A DNA stretch of 14,896 nt from a virus: UHGV virus genome UHGV-0257029. One strand, given 5' to 3'. The translations under genes were made by a program, and so were the position numbers. Below the pieces are notes generated by a model. The model saw only the letters and a list, made by a program, of their open reading frames with translations. It did no database searches and had not been told where the DNA came from. Below are positions 7,467-14,896 of this stretch, one piece after another; position 1 is the first letter of the stretch, and each line of letters starts with the position of its first letter.

Positions 7467-7650
7467 TAAGAATCAATGGTGTGGACAATTCAAGCGATGC
7501 AATGGATGCAAGCTGCAATCGGAATGCATGGTTAAGCCTGAAGAAATGTTTCCTGTAATGGAGGATGGGAAATATGTCGATAAATGGGCAATACGAACGA
7601 CGGCAATGATTGCCAGAGAACTTGACAAACAGAACAACAAGGCTGCCTGA
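7450..7650 (+). CDS. ral: Ral (restriction alleviation) protein
   Basis: 66-aa translation MTTTIDKNQWCGQFKRCNGCKLQSEC... matches lambda Ral as recalled; four-Cys cluster. Confidence 0.75.
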   Translation: MTTTIDKNQWCGQFKRCNGCKLQSECMVKPEEMFPVMEDGKYVDKWAIRTTAMIARELDKQNNKAA

Positions 7651-7669
7651 TGGTAGCCTTTATCTTTGG
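7639..7669 (+). terminator. Intrinsic terminator overlapping the ral stop codon
   Basis: aaggctgcc-tgat-ggtagcctt, 9-bp stem with one G-U pair, followed by tatctttgg. The TGA stop lies in the loop. Confidence 0.55.
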
Positions 7670-7786
7670 CATAAACAACAGAATAAACACTGCACTGTGT
7701 ATTCATTCCAACGAGTGAATACACGGAGCAATGTCGCTCGTAACTAAACAGGAGCCGACTTGTTCTGATTATTGGAAATCTTCTTT

Positions 7787-7811
7787 GCCCTCCTATGTGA
7801 GGGCCTTTTTA
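7787..7811 (+). terminator. Intrinsic terminator upstream of cIII
   Basis: gccctc-ctatgt-gagggc followed by cttttt; presumably read through under N antitermination. Confidence 0.6.
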
Positions 7812-7872
7812 TATGCATACCAATAACGCTTCATTCGAGGCGTTTTCGTTATGTATAAATAAGGAGCACACC

Positions 7873-8013
7873 ATGCAATATGCCATTGCAGGGTGGCCTG
7901 TTGCTGGCTGCCCTTCCGAATCTTTACTTGAACGAATCACACGTAAATTACGTGATGGATGGAAACGCCTTATCGACATACTTAATCAGCCAGGAGTTCC
8001 CAAAAATGGATAA
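7873..8013 (+). CDS. cIII: CIII (FtsH/HflB inhibitor), shorter C-terminus than lambda
   Basis: MQYAIAGWPVAGCPSESLLERITRKLRDGWKRLIDILNQPGVPKNG matches lambda CIII as recalled except for the truncated C-terminus. RBS aaggag 6 nt upstream of the ATG at 7873; the track start at 7813 lacks an RBS. Confidence 0.85.
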   Translation: MQYAIAGWPVAGCPSESLLERITRKLRDGWKRLIDILNQPGVPKNG

Positions 8014-8119
8014 AACACTTATGGCTATCCAGACTAAATTCACTATCGCCACTTTTATTGGCGATGAAAAGATGTTTCGTGAAGCCGTAGAAGCCTACAG
8101 AAAATGGAGGTCAAAATGA
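8006..8119 (+). CDS. kil: Kil-like host-killing / FtsZ-inhibiting small protein
   Basis: MDKTLMAIQTKFTIATFIGDEKMFREAV... resembles lambda Kil as recalled. ATG overlaps the cIII 3' end. Confidence 0.7.
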   Translation: MDKTLMAIQTKFTIATFIGDEKMFREAVEAYRKWRSK

Positions 8120-8304
8120 TTCCGGTAGAACTGGCGAAAACTCCAGAGTTAAGTCGATTAAAAAGAGAATATCACATTGCTGAGGCTCGTTACTGGCGTA
8201 AAGCGGGAGATAAATCAAAGAAACAACTTTGTTTATGGCAGGCGCAAAGAGAGCGCATGAATGAGCGCGAATTTCTTTCCTGCCCATCCGAATTACCATT
8301 CTGA
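8116..8304 (+). CDS. Hypothetical 62-aa protein in the gam position (not Gam-like)
   Basis: ATG at 8116 overlaps the kil stop (ATGA) and has RBS ggagg. Basic protein MIPVELAKTPELSRLKREYH... Confidence 0.45.
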   Translation: MIPVELAKTPELSRLKREYHIAEARYWRKAGDKSKKQLCLWQAQRERMNEREFLSCPSELPF

Positions 8305-8312
8305 GGCAAATT

Positions 8313-8993
8313 ATGGGAACTGCGACATTAATACTCGGTGAATCTGGCACCGGAAAATCAACCAGCATGAGAAATATCAATCCAGAGGAAGCAATACTTA
8401 TAAAACCAATAGGCAAGCCGCTACCATTTAAATCAAAAGACTGGCTTGCATGGGATGCCAGAGCAAAAAAAGGAACCGTAGTTACCACTGACAAATGGGA
8501 CGTAATAGTTGCTGCAATTAAGCGTGCTCACGAATACGGAAAAAGAATCGTTATTGTTGATGACTTCCAGTATGTGATGAGCAATGAGTTTATGCGCCGC
8601 TCAGAAGAAAAATCGTTTGATAAATTTACTGAGATAGGCCGCCACGCATGGGAGGTGATTAAGGCTGCACAGGATGCACCTGATGACCTGAGAGTCTATT
8701 TTCTTGCACATACCGAAGAAACCCCTATGGGGCGCGTGAAAATGAAAACTATCGGCAAAATGCTGGACGAGAAAATCACTGTCGAAGGCATGTTTACTAT
8801 AGTTCTTCGCACTCTTACCCGCGATGACCAGTTCTTTTTCACCACGAAAAACAACGGTGCAGACACTGTCAAATCCCCAATGGGAATGTTTGATTCCAAT
8901 GAGATTGATAACGATCTCTCTTTCGTCGATGCCACTGTTTGTGATTACTACGGCATCAATAATGTTCATCAAATTAAGGAAAACGCCGCATGA
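8313..8993 (+). CDS. Sak4-like RecA-fold P-loop ATPase (putative phage recombinase)
   Basis: 226 aa with Walker A GESGTGKS at the N-terminus and Walker B-like IVIVDD. Occupies the bet/exo position of the early-left operon; size and motif layout fit the Sak4 / AAA_24 family from memory. Confidence 0.55.
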   Translation: MGTATLILGESGTGKSTSMRNINPEEAILIKPIGKPLPFKSKDWLAWDARAKKGTVVTTDKWDVIVAAIKRAHEYGKRIVIVDDFQYVMSNEFMRRSEEKSFDKFTEIGRHAWEVIKAAQDAPDDLRVYFLAHTEETPMGRVKMKTIGKMLDEKITVEGMFTIVLRTLTRDDQFFFTTKNNGADTVKSPMGMFDSNEIDNDLSFVDATVCDYYGINNVHQIKENAA

Positions 8994-9577
8994 GCAACGT
9001 GATTTTTACTTATAACGAAGAAGCAGCACTGACCGCAGGGCAAGGTGGTTTTATTAACGAAACTGGCGCCCATATCATTACCATTACTGAAGCAGAACTA
9101 AAGCAATCAGAAAAAGGAGCCAAATTTATTGAGTTTTCTGGAGAATCCGACGACGGCCGTAAAATCCAATATCTTAGCGTCTGTGTTCAGAAAAATGACG
9201 GAACGGAAAACAAATTTGGCGCAAATGTCGTTCACGCCATGATGGGGTGTGCTGGGATTGGACAATTAACGCAGCATATGGCTTCCGCCAGTAAATTTGT
9301 TGCACCTGAATTTCATGGAAAGAAAATCGGGTTAGTGCTCCAGAAAGTATTAACCACAAACAAAAAGACTGGCGCAGACAGCTACCAGATGGAAATACGC
9401 ATCCCGTTTATTGCACAAACAGGTCAAACCCTTAAAGAAAAGGCGGAAGGCAAGCAACCAGAAACTATCGCCAACATGGTTGCCAGCCTCAAAGATAAAG
9501 ACAATCGCTCTAAAAACGTAAGCCATAATCATGCAGATGATTATGGTTACAGCCAGAACGATTACCCTCCTTTCTGA
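8990..9577 (+). CDS. Putative phage ssDNA-binding protein partnering the Sak4-like ATPase
   Basis: 195-aa ORF whose start overlaps the ATPase stop (ATGA). Acidic/aromatic C-terminal tail ...HADDYGYSQNDYPPF is reminiscent of SSB tails. Assignment from gene context and tail only. Confidence 0.35.
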   Translation: MSNVIFTYNEEAALTAGQGGFINETGAHIITITEAELKQSEKGAKFIEFSGESDDGRKIQYLSVCVQKNDGTENKFGANVVHAMMGCAGIGQLTQHMASASKFVAPEFHGKKIGLVLQKVLTTNKKTGADSYQMEIRIPFIAQTGQTLKEKAEGKQPETIANMVASLKDKDNRSKNVSHNHADDYGYSQNDYPPF

Positions 9578-9600
9578 TTATTGAAAATAAGGCTCCCATT

Positions 9601-9897
9601 ATGCCAGCGCCTCTGTATGGTGCGGATGACCCGCGCAATTGCTCCGGTAGCTCCAAGGCGGAGGTGCTGGAAAATATCAAAAACAATTTCGACGCGTTTC
9701 TTGCTCTGACACCAGAAACAAAAGCAGAACGGATGTACCGACGCGATATACAACTCGCGCTAAAACAGGAGAAGGACCGAACAAACGAAACAGCAATGAG
9801 ACCGTTGCGAAAAGCGACAATAGACAAATTCCCTGAATATATCGACCCGCGCCTGCGTAATTACCGCTCACGCTATGGCGCTATCAGTAATGACTGA
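9601..9897 (+). CDS. Hypothetical protein, 98 aa
   Basis: ORF in the co-directional accessory block; no recognisable motif. Confidence 0.45.
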   Translation: MPAPLYGADDPRNCSGSSKAEVLENIKNNFDAFLALTPETKAERMYRRDIQLALKQEKDRTNETAMRPLRKATIDKFPEYIDPRLRNYRSRYGAISND

Positions 9898-9907
9898 GGA
9901 ATTTACC

Positions 9908-10072
9908 ATGAGAGGACTTGCATACAATCCCGGCATTCTTCCGGCAGAAATGATTATTCGCCAACGCGTAAAGCCAATGCCATCGAGAGAGGAATTGCTT
10001 AAGAGAAATTCTTTTCCATCAGTGAATCAAAACAAATATCTGAATGCGATGTTGCGGAGTGGGAAGAAATGA
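9908..10072 (+). CDS. Hypothetical protein, 54 aa
   Basis: ATG at 9908 preceded by gagga; the track ORF begins at 9875, but that start overlaps the preceding gene without an RBS. Confidence 0.35.
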   Translation: MRGLAYNPGILPAEMIIRQRVKPMPSREELLKRNSFPSVNQNKYLNAMLRSGKK

Positions 10073-10518
10073 AACAAATGTCACTAATTGAGATGGATGG
10101 ATTTCTTAAAGGTAAATGCATCCCACGAGATTTAAAGGTTAACGAAACAAACGCTGAATATCTGGTGCGTAAGTTCGGTGAACTTGAATCAAAACTGGAA
10201 ACGGCGTTGCGGGAGTGTCGTTCTGCTGGAATCACGATTGATAACCTTGAGGATAAATGCGCGAAGATGGCTGCTGAAAATACCTCGCTTAAGCAATCTG
10301 AGAAGGAATTTAATGACTTTTGTCGTGAGGAGTTTAGCGAATGGGAAGATGATGTTACTGAAACCCCAGCCACCGACGCCTCCCTTGCTGAAGTGCGGGC
10401 GCAGGGCGTGGAGATGGCTATGGAGCATATGCAGTCGAGCGGTTCGTTAACATTTGGAGATTGCTACATATCACTTAACGAGTTCGCCGCAGAGCTTCGC
10501 AAAGGAGGTAACCAGTGA
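10069..10518 (+). CDS. Hypothetical coiled-coil protein, 149 aa
   Basis: ATGA overlap with the upstream ORF; acidic central region with heptad-like pattern. Confidence 0.5.
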   Translation: MKQMSLIEMDGFLKGKCIPRDLKVNETNAEYLVRKFGELESKLETALRECRSAGITIDNLEDKCAKMAAENTSLKQSEKEFNDFCREEFSEWEDDVTETPATDASLAEVRAQGVEMAMEHMQSSGSLTFGDCYISLNEFAAELRKGGNQ

Positions 10519-10814
10519 GTGTATATCTTATTGATAAACGTCGACGTGGGCAACAAATACCACCTGTAGGAATTCCGAATCACACATGGTTTTGCGTACT
10601 TGATATCGATGGTATGGATACGTTGGTTGACACTCGTCATTACTGCGATACCGCAACAGCTACTCCGGCGAAAGCAAAGAAAATGGCTGCTCTGATAGAA
10701 AACTGGACTCCACCTGATGGTTGGTGCAATGGGAATGATCGAGATTGGCACGAAAAAATGAAGGGCTATATCTGCGATTTTTTACGTAAATGCAACGGCT
10801 TCAGGGTGATGTGA
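10515..10814 (+). CDS. Hypothetical Cys-containing protein, 99 aa
   Basis: GTG start at 10515 overlapping the upstream stop, preceded by strong RBS aaaggagg. Confidence 0.45.
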   Translation: MSVYLIDKRRRGQQIPPVGIPNHTWFCVLDIDGMDTLVDTRHYCDTATATPAKAKKMAALIENWTPPDGWCNGNDRDWHEKMKGYICDFLRKCNGFRVM

Positions 10815-10815
10815 T

Positions 10816-11358
10816 ATGACCAACATTAACTATCAGGCACTGCGTGAAAAGGCAGAAAAAGCAACGTGGGGAGACTGGGACTCATATAAACCACACCGTG
10901 GCGCACGTGGTTATAAGGTCCGACTAAGTGGTCAGGCCATTGCGCAACACGTTCTGAAAAACAACGCTGAATTTATTGCTGCCTTTAATCCAAAGGTTGC
11001 TTTGGCACTACTGGATGAACGGGAAAGAAACCTGCAATACATCAAAAGCCGCGATCAGGAGAACGAGGATATTGCGCTTACGGTTGGGAAGCTGCGCGTT
11101 GAGCTTGAAGCAGCAAAATCAAAACTCAACGAGCAGCGCGAGTATTACGAGGGAGTTATCTCTGATGGGTGCAAGCGTATTGCTGAACTGGAAGCGCGGG
11201 AAGTTCAATTACCGACTCGCTACGACCTTCGATATGGACACCCGATAAATGCAGATGAGCGACAAGTCATGATACCTAAAGAAAATGGCAGTTGGCTTTA
11301 CCTGATTGACCTGGAACACGCATTACGCGTCGCTGACATTCGCATTAAAGGAGAGTGA
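10816..11358 (+). CDS. Ea22-like early protein (tentative)
   Basis: 180-aa ORF. N-terminal MTNINYQALREKAEKATWGDW and a central coiled coil resemble the Ead/Ea22-like family of lambdoid prophages, from memory only. Confidence 0.45.
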   Translation: MTNINYQALREKAEKATWGDWDSYKPHRGARGYKVRLSGQAIAQHVLKNNAEFIAAFNPKVALALLDERERNLQYIKSRDQENEDIALTVGKLRVELEAAKSKLNEQREYYEGVISDGCKRIAELEAREVQLPTRYDLRYGHPINADERQVMIPKENGSWLYLIDLEHALRVADIRIKGE

Positions 11359-11359
11359 T

Positions 11360-11623
11360 ATGGCAACTTTGACAAAAAAAGAACAAGCATGGTTGAGCGA
11401 ATTACAGGACGTTCTTGATCGCTGCCCATCACCGAAAAAAATTGGTTTTTACACCATTGGCGATAAAAGCATTTACCTGTATGACCTGCGCCGCATGGAT
11501 GAAATCATGGAGGCTCTTGATAATCGTTCGTCGATGGATTGGTGTGTTGCTGTCCATGATATGAATGCCGGATTTGATGAAAAGATTTTATTCCCCTCAT
11601 CAGTTGAAAGCACAGCAGGATAA
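11360..11623 (+). CDS. Hypothetical protein, 87 aa
   Basis: ATG at 11360 directly after the upstream stop, with RBS aaggagag; the track ORF starts earlier at 11306. Confidence 0.45.
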   Translation: MATLTKKEQAWLSELQDVLDRCPSPKKIGFYTIGDKSIYLYDLRRMDEIMEALDNRSSMDWCVAVHDMNAGFDEKILFPSSVESTAG

Positions 11624-11659
11624 GGACTAACACATGACAACATGGGAAAGGAAAGTGAT

Positions 11660-12175
11660 ATGGCGTTAACACACCACGAACTCTGTCAGATTGCGTACAA
11701 GTTCCTTAAGCGCAACGGGTTCAAGGTTTGCTTTCATGACCGCTTTGTTGCTGTAACCAGTACCGGAGAACAGCCAGATGCTATGGGATTCAGAAATTCA
11801 GCATCATGCCTGATAGAGGCGAAGTGTTCTCGTGCTGACTTGTTGGCAGATAGAAAAAAGCGTTTCCGTAAAAATCCCTCACTTGGCATGGGCGACTGGC
11901 GATTCTTTATTAGTGAGCCGGAAATTATTTCAGTTGAGGATTTACCTCCCGGCTGGGGATTACTTCACGTTGTTAACGGAAGAGTACGGAAAGTACATGG
12001 ATGGCCCAGGGGTAATTGCTGTTGGGGTAATCCTGACGATAAGCCATTTACTGGGAATAAGCAGGTTGAATGCGATTACATGTTATCTGCATTAAGGCGC
12101 ATGGAGTTGAGAGGGCACCTTAATGAAATATATGACGGTGTGATTGTTAATAAGAAAGAAGGAAACGCGGCATGA
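11660..12175 (+). CDS. Putative PD-(D/E)xK-fold nuclease
   Basis: Motif ...EQPDAMGF(x9)LIEAKC... fits the PD-(x)n-ExK signature. ATG at 11660 preferred for its RBS aggaaag; alternative ATG at 11642. Confidence 0.4.
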   Translation: MALTHHELCQIAYKFLKRNGFKVCFHDRFVAVTSTGEQPDAMGFRNSASCLIEAKCSRADLLADRKKRFRKNPSLGMGDWRFFISEPEIISVEDLPPGWGLLHVVNGRVRKVHGWPRGNCCWGNPDDKPFTGNKQVECDYMLSALRRMELRGHLNEIYDGVIVNKKEGNAA

Positions 12176-13038
12176 TCACTATTACCAAAGGGCGACTGCT
12201 GACAATCAAGCAGTGGCGCGAAACATACGGACCGGGTAGCAACGTTGTACTGCCAGCAGAAGAAGCGGAAGAACTGGCACGAATTGCACTGGTATCGCTG
12301 GAAGCAGAGCCGGTGGCAAAGATTATAGCTCATTACCCATTAGGAGTTGACGTAGGCAAACAAAAGTTCGTACAGGCCATTGGAGAGCTTCCTGACTTTG
12401 GCGGATATCTATTTGCCGCCCCTCCAGCGCCGATAGTGCCGGAAGAAATGTATTGGCAGGATGCGCCAGTTGAAGGCAGCAGCAAAGCGGCTGCATACGC
12501 TACAGGCTGGAACGATTGCCGCGAAGCCATGCTTCAGTCCGGAAACTTTCGGGAAAATAAAGATTCGTCAACCAATAATTTTCGGGAAATCGCGGAAACG
12601 TCAACCAACTATCCGGCAATTCCTAGTGAGGTGTTGTCCGCAATCCTGAAGGTTGCCAGGATTCGTGCCGATTTCGATGATTTTGACGGTGACAGGCGAG
12701 GTATCGGTGATTGTCTGGATGAGGCTGAGCAAGAGCTTATCGTTACCATTAACAAATATGCCAGTCAGTTGGCAGCAGAACCTATAGCGCCTAATGACGT
12801 TCGAGAGCAGACAGCCATTCCACAAGTTCCGGTAACTCCGGATGGTTGGATAAGCTGTAGTGAGCGAATGCCGGACGACAGGCAGGAAGTTGTTGTTCAA
12901 ACTCATTCAGGGTGGCGTTACATCGCATTCTACGAATCCCACTCTGGATTGTTCTATGACAGTCCTGAGGGTGATGTCGAGTATGTTCTCGTAACCCACT
13001 GGATGCCGCTACCAGAACCGCCGCAGGAGGTGAAGTGA
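12172..13038 (+). CDS. DUF551-domain prophage protein
   Basis: C-terminal WISCSERMPDD...VLVTHWMPLPEPP matches the DUF551 signature as recalled. An internal imperfect tandem DNA repeat at about 12541..12610 encodes NFRENKDSSTNNFREIAETSTN. Confidence 0.6.
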   Translation: MITITKGRLLTIKQWRETYGPGSNVVLPAEEAEELARIALVSLEAEPVAKIIAHYPLGVDVGKQKFVQAIGELPDFGGYLFAAPPAPIVPEEMYWQDAPVEGSSKAAAYATGWNDCREAMLQSGNFRENKDSSTNNFREIAETSTNYPAIPSEVLSAILKVARIRADFDDFDGDRRGIGDCLDEAEQELIVTINKYASQLAAEPIAPNDVREQTAIPQVPVTPDGWISCSERMPDDRQEVVVQTHSGWRYIAFYESHSGLFYDSPEGDVEYVLVTHWMPLPEPPQEVK

Positions 13039-13322
13039 TGGACTCCTTCGCGAAATATACGATTATTGACTGGATAGCCTTCCTTCAGGTTTTGCTCATC
13101 TGGTTTTATATGGCTTACAGGAGTGGACAGTGGATTGTCAGTGTAGCCTGTAGCAAGGGATGGCGTTGGTGGAACCGAAAGAATAAAAAAGCACTGGCAT
13201 TGGATTCATTTTACGAAGCATTCAATCTTAACAGCCTTCAGCCTGGTTCTGTCATTGTAGTCACCACTCAAAGCGGCATGACGATACAAATTCACAAGCC
13301 AAAGGAGGAAGGTCGTGGCTAA
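13038..13322 (+). CDS. Small membrane protein, 94 aa
   Basis: ATG at 13038 has RBS aggagg 7 nt upstream. N-terminal hydrophobic segment IIDWIAFLQVLLIWFYMAY. Confidence 0.45.
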   Translation: MDSFAKYTIIDWIAFLQVLLIWFYMAYRSGQWIVSVACSKGWRWWNRKNKKALALDSFYEAFNLNSLQPGSVIVVTTQSGMTIQIHKPKEEGRG

Positions 13323-13422
13323 CCTTCAACTTGCCGTCAAAGGTGAATAACAATCCTCGCACTCGCGGGGATTTCTTTTATCTGAACTCGCTACGGCGGG
13401 TTTTGTTTTATGGAGATGATAA

Positions 13423-13590
13423 ATGTACTTCCGGGTCACAGGCGAATGGAATGGAGAGCCATTCAACAGAGTTATCGAAGCGGAGAACATCAATGACTGC
13501 TATGACCACTGGATGATATGGGCGCAGATAGCACATGCAGACGTAACCAATATTCGAATTGAAGAACTGAAAGAACACCAAGCCGCCTGA
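13423..13590 (+). CDS. Hypothetical 55-aa protein upstream of xis
   Basis: ATG at 13423 with RBS ggag. Translation MYFRVTGEWNGEPFNRVIEAENINDCYDHWMIWAQIAHADVTNIRIEELKEHQAA. The stop codon lies inside a terminator hairpin. Below the ORF-track cutoff; the track ORF 13331..13516 is in another frame. Confidence 0.4.
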   Translation: MYFRVTGEWNGEPFNRVIEAENINDCYDHWMIWAQIAHADVTNIRIEELKEHQAA

Positions 13591-13608
13591 TGGCGGCTTT
13601 TTCTTGCG
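13580..13608 (+). terminator. Intrinsic terminator upstream of xis
   Basis: aagccgcc-tgat-ggcggctt, 8-bp stem with tetraloop, followed by tttttcttg. Confidence 0.6.
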
Positions 13609-13629
13609 TGTAATTGCGGAGACTTTGCG

Positions 13630-13848
13630 ATGTACTTGACACTTCAGGAGTGGAACGCACGCCAGCGACGCCCAAGAAGCCTTGAAACAGTTCGTCGATG
13701 GGTACGCGAGTGCAGGATATTCCCTCCTCCGGTTAAGGATGGAAGAGAGTATCTGTTCCACGAATCAGCGGTAAAGGTTGACTTAAATCGACCAGTAACA
13801 GGTAGCCTTTTGAAGAGGATCAAAAATGGGAAGAAGGCGAAGTCATGA
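13630..13848 (+). CDS. xis: Excisionase Xis
   Basis: 72-aa translation MYLTLQEWNARQRRPRSLETVRRWVRECRIFPPPVKDGREYLFHESAVKVDLNRPVTG.LLKRI.NGKKAKS matches lambda Xis as recalled; 3' end overlaps the int start. Confidence 0.9.
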   Translation: MYLTLQEWNARQRRPRSLETVRRWVRECRIFPPPVKDGREYLFHESAVKVDLNRPVTGSLLKRIKNGKKAKS

Positions 13849-14896
13849 GCGCCGGGATTTACCCCCTAATCTTTATATAAGAAACAATGGATATTACTGC
13901 TACAGGGACCCAAGGACGGGTAAAGAGTTTGGATTAGGCCGAGACAGGAGGATAGCAATCACTGAAGCTATACAGGCCAACATTGAGTTATTTTCAGGAC
14001 ACAAACACAAGCCTCTGACAGCGAGAATCAACAGTGATAATTCCGTTACGTTACATTCATGGCTTGATCGCTACGAAAAAATCCTCGCCAACAGAGGAAT
14101 CAAGCAGAAGACACTCATAAATTACATGAGCAAAATTAAAGCAATAAGGAGGGGTCTGCCTGATGCTCCACTTGAAGACATCACCACAAAAGAAATTGCA
14201 GCAATGCTCAATGGATACATAGACGAGGGCAAGGCGGCGTCAGCCAAGTTAATCAGATCAACACTGAGCGATGCATTCCGAGAGGCAATAGCTGAAGGCC
14301 ATATAACAACAAACCCGGTCGCTGCCACTCGCGCAGCAAAATCAGAGGTAAGGAGATCAAGACTTACGGCTGACGAATACCTGAAAATTTATCAAGCAGC
14401 AGAATCATCACCATGTTGGCTCAGACTTGCAATGGAACTGGCTGTTGTTACCGGGCAGAGAGTTGGTGATTTATGCGAAATGAAGTGGTCTGATATCGTA
14501 GATGGATATCTTTATGTCGAGCAAAGCAAAACAGGCGTAAAAATTGCCATCCCTACAACATTGCATGTTGATGCTCTCGGGATGTCAATGAAGGAAACAC
14601 TTGGTAAATGCAAAGAGATTCTTGGCGGAGAAACCATAATTGCATCTACTCGTCGTGAACCGCTTTCATCCGGCACAGTATCAAGGTATTTTATGCGCGC
14701 ACGAAAAGCATCAGGTCTTTCCTTCGAAGGGGATCCGCCAACCTTTCACGAGTTGCGCAGTTTGTCTGCAAGACTCTATGAGAAGCAGATAAGCGATAAA
14801 TTTGCTCAACATCTTCTCGGGCATAAGTCGGACACCATGGCATCACAGTATCGTGATGACAGAGGCAGGGAGTGGGACAAAATTGAAATCAAATAA
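13826..14896 (+). CDS. int: Tyrosine integrase Int (lambda type)
   Basis: 356-aa translation matches lambda Int as recalled, including the catalytic region (...HELRSL...HLLGH...Y). The gene ends exactly at the window edge, so attP/attL is outside the window. Confidence 0.95.
   Translation: MGRRRSHERRDLPPNLYIRNNGYYCYRDPRTGKEFGLGRDRRIAITEAIQANIELFSGHKHKPLTARINSDNSVTLHSWLDRYEKILANRGIKQKTLINYMSKIKAIRRGLPDAPLEDITTKEIAAMLNGYIDEGKAASAKLIRSTLSDAFREAIAEGHITTNPVAATRAAKSEVRRSRLTADEYLKIYQAAESSPCWLRLAMELAVVTGQRVGDLCEMKWSDIVDGYLYVEQSKTGVKIAIPTTLHVDALGMSMKETLGKCKEILGGETIIASTRREPLSSGTVSRYFMRARKASGLSFEGDPPTFHELRSLSARLYEKQISDKFAQHLLGHKSDTMASQYRDDRGREWDKIEIK

Noticed and set aside
7813-7872. The 5' extension of the cIII ORF (track start at 7813)
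   Set aside because: The ATG at 7873 has a canonical RBS aaggag and gives the known CIII N-terminus MQYAIAGW; the upstream start lies inside the terminator region.
8111-14328. Minus-strand ORFs within the early-left operon (8111..8494, 8601..8972, 8696..8935, 9174..9827 cluster, 9999..10373, 10189..10751, 12076..12333, 12333..12530, 12601..12906, 13408..13761, 14122..14328)
   Set aside because: They lie antisense to the co-directional, translationally coupled plus-strand gene chain and inside well-supported genes such as the ATPase and int; no RBS or motif support.

Overview
This window is an interior segment of a lambdoid prophage with lambda-type immunity, inverted relative to the conventional lambda map, so the plus strand reads leftward and ends at int. 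All identifications rest on reading the six-frame translations and DNA against remembered family features; no database search was run. The minus strand carries the pR operon: cro, a cII-like gene, an HNH endonuclease, a non-lambda replication pair (initiator candidate plus DnaC-like loader) and small nin-region ORFs ending in a disrupted ninB-like gene. The plus strand carries pRM-cI, a 332-aa cargo gene with its own terminator where lambda has rexA/rexB, then pL, N, ral, cIII, kil, a Sak4-like ATPase plus SSB-like pair in place of exo/bet/gam, about nine accessory ORFs, xis and int. The best candidate for undescribed biology is the 332-aa membrane-anchored protein in the rex slot. Secondary points are the non-lambda N with matching boxB hairpins at both nut sites, iteron-like repeats inside the initiator gene, and a PD-(D/E)xK nuclease candidate in the accessory block.
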